64,000 nucleotides of DNA, taken from positions 3,136,001-3,200,000 of the forward strand of contig OZ271854.1 in assembly GCA_965601925.1 (NCBI GenBank), read 5' to 3'. The position numbers and the translations under genes were made by a program. The first letter of the stretch is position 1. Each line of letters starts with the position of its first letter. Below are positions 58,304 to 64,000 of this stretch, piece by piece. The notes beneath the pieces are model-generated. The model was not told where the DNA came from. It did no database searches and saw only the letters and a program-made list of their open reading frames with translations. This DNA comes from Alkalispirochaeta sp. Its GTDB lineage: Bacteria > Spirochaetota > Spirochaetia > DSM-27196 > Alkalispirochaetaceae.

Positions 58304-59341
58304 ATGGCGTCTCGGGTTACCATCGAAGATATCGCGAACCGCGCGGGCGTGAGTGCCGCGACGGTTAGTCGTGTGCTCAATATGCCCGAGCGCGTACGCG
58401 GCGCCACCCGGGATGAGGTGTATGCGGCGATGCGCGATCTGAACTACGTGCCGCCCACCATTCATCGCACCCCCGACACACTCACGAACATCATCGGAAT
58501 TTTCGCTCCCAATCTGCTCCTCGACTCGGTGACCGAGCTTGTGCGCGCCGTCGAGACGGAGTTGCGCGACACCGCGTTTCACATTCTGCTCGTCAACATG
58601 CGGGGAGAGCGGGATTTCGGGGAGTTCATCGTAAACAACAGCCATATTCTGAAGAAAATAGACGGCGCTTTGGTCTTCTCAGCCGACGTTTCGGAGCGTG
58701 CGGTACGTTTTATGCGGGGAGCCGACGTGCCCATGGTCCTGATGCAGGCGCGCAGCTCCTTCGTACGCTCGGTCAGCAATAACAATTTTCTCGGCGGACA
58801 GGACGCCGCCGCGTACCTGCTTTCGTGCGGATATCGGCGCGTCGCATTCGTCGGGTGGGAGCCGGTCGACGATCACGTCGCCGATCGCCTCGCCGGGTAT
58901 CGTTCGACCCTGATGCGTGCCAAGGTTCGTTTTCGGGATGAGGACATCGCCTACGGGAGTCTGGATACCGACGGTGGGTATCGGGCGACGCGCTTACTCC
59001 TTGCGAACGGAAGTCCGGAAGCGATCTTTTACGCCTCCGACGTCATCGCCGTCGGTGGCATACGGTTTCTGCACGAATGCGGGCTCGCTGTACCGGCCGA
59101 TGTTGGTGTGATGGGGTTCGACGATCTGACGATCGCCGCTCCATTGGGACTCACCACGATGCGTCAGTTCTTTTCCACGAAAGCGCAGATGATCTTAGAG
59201 TATCTGCTCGGACGCGTCTCCGGCGAGATTCGCGAGGAGAGTCCCGAGGAGATTCAAGTATCGCCCCGCATCGTGGTTCGCGATACGACTCGGTGTATCT
59301 CCGAGTCGTCCAAGGAGTTTGGTTTCGACGCCGTGGGATAA
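58304..59341 (+). CDS. LacI-family regulator
   Basis: VTIEDIANRAGVSAATVSRVLN, VMGFDD, LTTMRQ. Confidence 0.95.
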   Translation: MASRVTIEDIANRAGVSAATVSRVLNMPERVRGATRDEVYAAMRDLNYVPPTIHRTPDTLTNIIGIFAPNLLLDSVTELVRAVETELRDTAFHILLVNMRGERDFGEFIVNNSHILKKIDGALVFSADVSERAVRFMRGADVPMVLMQARSSFVRSVSNNNFLGGQDAAAYLLSCGYRRVAFVGWEPVDDHVADRLAGYRSTLMRAKVRFRDEDIAYGSLDTDGGYRATRLLLANGSPEAIFYASDVIAVGGIRFLHECGLAVPADVGVMGFDDLTIAAPLGLTTMRQFFSTKAQMILEYLLGRVSGEIREESPEEIQVSPRIVVRDTTRCISESSKEFGFDAVG

Positions 59342-59375
59342 CGCGGCGAGAAAAAGTAACCTAAGGAGGGTTTCA

Positions 59376-60770
59376 ATGAATACGTTCAGACGATGTATGG
59401 TAATGACGGTGTTGCTCACCGCAGGCGCGCTCGTCGTGGCGGCCGGTGGGCAGGGTGAACCGCAACCGACGGCGCCGACCGACGCCGGGCCCCGCGAGAT
59501 CACCTTTTGGACGACCGAGGAGCAGCCGGAGCGCTTGGCGATTCAGGAACGAATCGCGGCCGACTTCGAGGCGCAGACCGGTATTTCCGTAGCGGTAGTT
59601 CCGGTGTCGGAGAATCAGATGGGCGAGCGCGTAACCGCAGCATTCTCCGCCGGCGAGCTTCCCGACGTGATCTACCATCCCCTCAACTTCACGCTCAACT
59701 GGGCCGAGGCGGGGATACTGGACGCCTCCGCCGCGAGCGACGCCATCGCCGCTCTTGGAGAGGAGACGTTCGGTTCCGGAGTGCTCAATCTCGTCTCGGT
59801 GGACGACGGGTTCGCCGCCGTGCCGGTCGACGGGTGGACGCAGCTTTTGGTCTACCGCGCCGACCTTTTCGAGGAGGCGGGACTGGATCCGCCCACCGAC
59901 TTTGAAAGCATCGTGACGGCTGCGAGAGCACTTCACAATCCGCCGGAGCTCTACGGGTTCGTCGCGGCGACCGACGCCAGCCAAGTCTACATGATGCAGG
60001 TGTTTGAACACATCGCATTGGCCAACGGCGTCGACATCGTCGACGATGACGGCACCGTTACCCTTGATACCCAGGCGATGCGCGAGACGTTGGAGTTCTA
60101 TAAGGAGATCGCCGACGTCAGCCCTCCCGGAAACCTCTTTTGGCAGCAAAGTCGCGAGTTGTACTTTGCCGGTCAGACGGCAATGATCGTATGGTCGCCC
60201 TTTATTCTCGACGAGTTGGCGGGTCTGCGCGACAACGTCCCGGTCACCGCGCTTAACGACCCCACCGGCGACGAGCTGGCGCGCAATACCGGCCTCGTCA
60301 CCAATCTCGCCGGACCGAGTAACCCCGGCGGAAGCGCATGGACCGACGTGCGGTACTTCGGTATCACCGTCGACGCCGACGTCGCCTCGGCGCAGGCCTT
60401 CGTCGAGTTCTCGATGAGCGCCGGCTATCTCGATACGCTGTCGATCGCTCCGGAAGGAAAGTTTCCCGTGCGCCGCGGTACCCCGAGCAACCCGACGCTC
60501 TTCGTCGACGGATGGGCCAATCTCGACGTCGGTGTCGATCGTAGAGCGCCGCTCGGGTCGGTATATCCCGAAGACGTCATCGATGCGATCGTCGAGGGAC
60601 TCGACACCGGTAGTCGTTGGGGCTTCGATAGGGGATTCGGTGCGCTGACCGCTCGCTTGTACGATACACGCGTGATCGCCGAGATTGTGCGCGAGTACAT
60701 CGATGACGAAATCTCGGTAGATGAGGCGCTTGAGCGCATCCAAGCCGAGACCGAGGCTCTGGCCGAGTAG
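59376..60770 (+). CDS. Carbohydrate ABC transporter substrate-binding protein
   Basis: TAAGGAGG RBS, signal peptide, ITFWT, GELPDVI, YRADLFEEAGL.PP. Confidence 0.92.
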   Translation: MNTFRRCMVMTVLLTAGALVVAAGGQGEPQPTAPTDAGPREITFWTTEEQPERLAIQERIAADFEAQTGISVAVVPVSENQMGERVTAAFSAGELPDVIYHPLNFTLNWAEAGILDASAASDAIAALGEETFGSGVLNLVSVDDGFAAVPVDGWTQLLVYRADLFEEAGLDPPTDFESIVTAARALHNPPELYGFVAATDASQVYMMQVFEHIALANGVDIVDDDGTVTLDTQAMRETLEFYKEIADVSPPGNLFWQQSRELYFAGQTAMIVWSPFILDELAGLRDNVPVTALNDPTGDELARNTGLVTNLAGPSNPGGSAWTDVRYFGITVDADVASAQAFVEFSMSAGYLDTLSIAPEGKFPVRRGTPSNPTLFVDGWANLDVGVDRRAPLGSVYPEDVIDAIVEGLDTGSRWGFDRGFGALTARLYDTRVIAEIVREYIDDEISVDEALERIQAETEALAE

Positions 60771-60793
60771 TTCGATTTCACCGATGGTCGGCG

Positions 60794-60821
60794 GCGAGGG
60801 GCTCCTCGGGAGACCTCTCGC
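60794..60821 (+). terminator. Intra-operon stem-loop after the SBP gene
   Basis: GCGAGGGGCTCC-TCG-GGAGACCTCTCGC, near-perfect stem. Confidence 0.5.
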
Positions 60822-60843
60822 TCCGGCCTACCCAGAGGGCGTC

Positions 60844-62118
60844 ATGAGAAAAAAACAGTATTCCAGCCTGGCGGCCCGCGAGGCGCGCCTGGCGGTCTTG
60901 ATGTTGATCCCCGCGTTTGTAATCGTCTTTGCGATCATTCTTTTTCCGGTATTGCTCAATTTTTGGATCAGTTTCAAACCGGTGACGCTCGGCGATCTCC
61001 GCTCTCCCACACCGGTGGTACGAGAGCAGATTACCGAGCGACCGCGGCGGGTCGGCGATGAGTTGGTTCTCACGTATCAGTTGCGCAACACCAGCCAGCA
61101 GTCGCCGATCACCGACATCCGCATCGAAGGAATCCTTCCGGAGGGTCTGGAAGCGCTGGATGTGCCGGACGGTTTTTCGGTTGCGGAACGAAGCGTACGC
61201 GGCGAGTTCGATCTCTGGGAGCCCGGATTCTCCGAGCGCGTGGAGCTACGCTTCGTGGCCGATGAGGCGTTTGTGACCGGACCCTGGCGCGACTCGGGAG
61301 ATATCAGCTTCCCGGTCGCCGACGGACGCAGCGAGAATCGACTCTTCAACTTCCGTTTCTCCGGGGAGAATTACCGGACCGTTCTTTCGGCCGACGATTT
61401 TTGGCCGGCCCTCCTGACATCGTTTGTATACACGACCGGCGGCGCGATCGGCGCGATTGTCCTGGGGCTCCTCTCCGCCCAGTTGGTAAACGTTCGGTTT
61501 CTCGGGAAGTCTCTGTTGCGTGGATTGTTGCTCTTCCCGTACGTCGCCCCGGTGATCTCGGTCGCCTTTGCCTGGACCTTCTTGCTCGATCCCTTCAGCG
61601 GAACACTCAACGCGCTCTTGGTGCGATTCGGGGTCGTGGAAAACGGGATCGGGTTCTTGAGCGAGCGTTCATTCACGGCCGGTCTCTTCGGGCTCGATCT
61701 GCAGTTGCCTCTCGCCCTCTCGACGATCATCGCGTTTGACGCCTGGCGCTATTTCCCCTTTGCATTTCTCTTCATCCTGGCGCGCCTGCAGGCGATTCCC
61801 GCGGCGCTATACGAGTCGGCGGAGGTCGACGGCGCGACGCCCTATCAGAAGTTTTTTCGCATTACCGTCCCGCAGGTTTCGGGAGTAATCGGCACGCTCT
61901 TTCTGTTGCGCTTCATGTGGACGTTCAATAAGTTCGACGACGTTTTTCTTTTGACCGGCGGTGCAGCCGGTACACAGACGCTGCCGATCCAAGTATATGA
62001 CAACGCCTTCGGGCGCGCCGATATCGGTGCCGGTGCCGCATCAGCAGTTATGCTCTTCGTCTTTTTGGCGATTTTCCTGACGATCTACTTTCGATACACC
62101 CCGGAGGAGGAGGCGTAA
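60844..62118 (+). CDS. Carbohydrate ABC permease (MalF-like) with an inserted periplasmic beta-sandwich domain
   Basis: DAWRYFPF, LYESAEVDGA, FNKFDDVFLLTGG; about 115-aa insert after TM1. Confidence 0.9.
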   Translation: MRKKQYSSLAAREARLAVLMLIPAFVIVFAIILFPVLLNFWISFKPVTLGDLRSPTPVVREQITERPRRVGDELVLTYQLRNTSQQSPITDIRIEGILPEGLEALDVPDGFSVAERSVRGEFDLWEPGFSERVELRFVADEAFVTGPWRDSGDISFPVADGRSENRLFNFRFSGENYRTVLSADDFWPALLTSFVYTTGGAIGAIVLGLLSAQLVNVRFLGKSLLRGLLLFPYVAPVISVAFAWTFLLDPFSGTLNALLVRFGVVENGIGFLSERSFTAGLFGLDLQLPLALSTIIAFDAWRYFPFAFLFILARLQAIPAALYESAEVDGATPYQKFFRITVPQVSGVIGTLFLLRFMWTFNKFDDVFLLTGGAAGTQTLPIQVYDNAFGRADIGAGAASAVMLFVFLAIFLTIYFRYTPEEEA

Positions 62119-63434
62119 TGGCTGCTACAAGCTCTCAGGCGACAACGGGTACCGTGGGTCGGAACGCTTCCACGCGCATACGGAGCGTCATCATCGCCGT
62201 CGTCACCGGTGCGGTGGTCGCCGTCGTGTTGGCGGCGGTGTGGATGGTTTTTATGGCGATCTTCTCTACCTTCGATGCGCGCCAATCTCGCCCGGCGGTT
62301 GCGATCGTCGGAGCGTTGGTGGGCGGTGTAGTGCGGTGGCTCCACGGGGCCGTCGGATCATCCGCGGCACCGAAGGGTACGCGCACACCGCTGGCACACG
62401 CGACGGGACGGATTTTCATCGTCGGGTCGGTTGCGGCCGTCGCCTGGCTCGCGGCGACCGGATTGCGACCCTTCGGCCTCGAATCCGTTGCGGGGTGGGG
62501 CGTCGTCGGATCGTTTGTAGTGTGGATATCTACCGCGTTCACCGTCGAGCGTATGTTCTATCGCATCCCGGCGACCGACAGGGTCGGCGGTGAGGTGATG
62601 TACGCGTCGATTAACGGTCTAAGGGCGCTCGGATTCCTCTTTTTTACGACGATCGCCGCATTTCCGTTCTATTTTATGATCGCTTCGAGTCTCAAGACTC
62701 GCGCGGAGTTATTACAGAATCCGACGAATCTGGCGGTCGATTTTTCTCAAGGGCTGGCACGCGTCTTCGTCGGATACTCCGAGGTCATGACGCGCTTCAA
62801 CTTCGGGCGTTACATTTTCAACAGCACCTTCGTGGCGCTGTTCACGGTGATTATCACCCTCATTCCAGCGATACTGGGTGCCTACGCGGTAACGCGACTC
62901 CACTTCCGGGGACGTGATCTGTTGTCGCGGTCGATTCTGTTGATCTATATGTTCCCCGCAATCGTATTGGTGATACCGCTTTACAGCGTCTTCTCGCAGC
63001 TGGGACTCCGCGACACCCTGCCGGGGCTTTTGGTGGTGTACCCCGCGATGACGATTCCCGTTGCGCTGTATATGTTGCGCAGTTACTTCTTGACGCTTCC
63101 CAAGGATATCGAAGAGGCGGGACTCATCGACGGTTGCACGCGTTTTGAGGTGATCTGGCGTATTACCCTGCCGTTAAGCGTGCCGGCTCTGGCGAGCGTC
63201 GGACTCTATGTCTTCATGATCGGGTGGAACGAGTTCCTCTTTGCCTTCATGTTTTTGGACACACCGGAGATCTTCACGTTGAGTCGCGGTGTCGTCTCCC
63301 TCAACTCGCAGGAGGTGCCGCGCCAGTTTCTCATGGCCGGGGCGGTCATCATTACCGTTCCGATTATGGTGCTCTTCTTCTGGTTTGAACGATTCCTCGT
63401 AGGTGGGCTCTCGGCCGGAGGGGTGAAAGGGTAA
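62118..63434 (+). CDS. Carbohydrate ABC permease (MalG-like) with extra N-terminal TM helices
   Basis: Core FPFYFMIASSLKT, IEEAGLIDG, WNEFLFA, GLSAGGVKG, preceded by about 165 hydrophobic aa. Confidence 0.9.
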   Translation: MAATSSQATTGTVGRNASTRIRSVIIAVVTGAVVAVVLAAVWMVFMAIFSTFDARQSRPAVAIVGALVGGVVRWLHGAVGSSAAPKGTRTPLAHATGRIFIVGSVAAVAWLAATGLRPFGLESVAGWGVVGSFVVWISTAFTVERMFYRIPATDRVGGEVMYASINGLRALGFLFFTTIAAFPFYFMIASSLKTRAELLQNPTNLAVDFSQGLARVFVGYSEVMTRFNFGRYIFNSTFVALFTVIITLIPAILGAYAVTRLHFRGRDLLSRSILLIYMFPAIVLVIPLYSVFSQLGLRDTLPGLLVVYPAMTIPVALYMLRSYFLTLPKDIEEAGLIDGCTRFEVIWRITLPLSVPALASVGLYVFMIGWNEFLFAFMFLDTPEIFTLSRGVVSLNSQEVPRQFLMAGAVIITVPIMVLFFWFERFLVGGLSAGGVKG

Positions 63435-63491
63435 GGCTCGCACCGTCGCGGCCCCTTCGCAGACGGAGAGCGAGTGTAGCATGTTAGCCGA

Positions 63492-63513
63492 GCGGCTCGC
63501 TTCGTCGAGCCGC
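63492..63513. terminator. Hairpin between convergent genes
   Basis: GCGGCTCG-CTTCGT-CGAGCCGC. Confidence 0.55.
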
Positions 63514-63541
63514 CCTCGCCGGTACGCGCTTCGAGTGTGAC

Positions 63542-64000
63542 TTACGCTACCGCGTTTATCGCCGCCAGGGTGCCGTCGGGAAGAACGCGATATCCCAAGC
63601 GCTCAATCCTACGAGTGATGCTCGGGTGCGTGGATAGTACGGTCTCTGCGGCATGGTTCTTTTGAACGCTATGGTTGATCTTCGCCGTTTTGAGCAGGCC
63701 GGACGCTAGCGAGTGGGAGTCACCGGTCAATGCGACGGCCAAACGATCCGCCTGCAGCTCCTGCATCCGATAGACGGACGAGGGTAGCATCTGGGCGCAG
63801 GCGATGATCGTTACGAAGCGCACACCGAATTGGAACAGCACCGGCACGTCGGCCATTGGATCGCTGAACAGTGAGAGCAGGAGCATCGTGCCGGTAAGTG
63901 ATATCACGACAATGATGTAGCGGACGAGCGAGTGATTGCTCCGAACGTGAGCGATTTCGTGAGCCGCTATGCCGACGACTTCCGATGCGGTCAATCCGTC
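63542..64000 (-). CDS. M48-family zinc metallopeptidase (HtpX/Ste24-like), 5' part outside the window
   Basis: AHEIAH (HEXXH), ELQAD, STHPSITRRI. Confidence 0.88.
   Translation of the reverse strand, partial: DGLTASEVVGIAAHEIAHVRSNHSLVRYIIVVISLTGTMLLLSLFSDPMADVPVLFQFGVRFVTIIACAQMLPSSVYRMQELQADRLAVALTGDSHSLASGLLKTAKINHSVQKNHAAETVLSTHPSITRRIERLGYRVLPDGTLAAINAVA

Noticed and set aside
59373..60743. 456-aa minus-strand ORF
   Set aside because: Antisense shadow of the SBP gene.
1..64000. Frequent CGATCG/GTCGAC words as a HIP1-like repeat, and any CRISPR, IS or prophage
   Set aside because: The words are explicable by codon usage (GCG-ATC-G, GTC-GAC) unless a Markov-model test shows excess. No spaced repeat array, transposase, integrase or phage gene was seen.

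Overview
GC-rich bacterial chromosomal segment with dense coding and no CRISPR array, rRNA, tRNA, IS element or prophage that I can support. The substrate-binding proteins have cysteine-less 'FAGGQxE'-type N-termini and acidic mature domains, which points to a free-living Spirochaetales (Spirochaeta/Alkalispirochaeta-like) host; this is inference. Content: four ABC importers and one TRAP importer with catabolic enzymes and local regulators, two GH38 mannosidase-family enzymes, two c-di-GMP enzymes, serA/serC with a divergent Lrp gene, a CreBCD-like system and a cheA-cheW-mcp-cheR-cheD-cheB-REC cluster. The most unusual observations are: (1) a 988-aa fusion of an intact N-acylglucosamine 2-epimerase (AGE) with a long MurQ/GCKR-like SIS module, translationally coupled to a sugar ABC importer and a LOG-family gene; (2) a CheA with a tandem MshEN-like repeat where P2 normally sits; (3) a sugar ABC permease with an Ig-like (DUF11-like) insert, paired with an N-terminally extended permease and a GH38 with a helical tail; (4) a CsoR/RcnR/FrmR-type operator upstream of a small thioredoxin-like gene; (5) repeated leaderless or near-leaderless promoter geometry. 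All family calls come from reading motifs by eye; no database searches were run.
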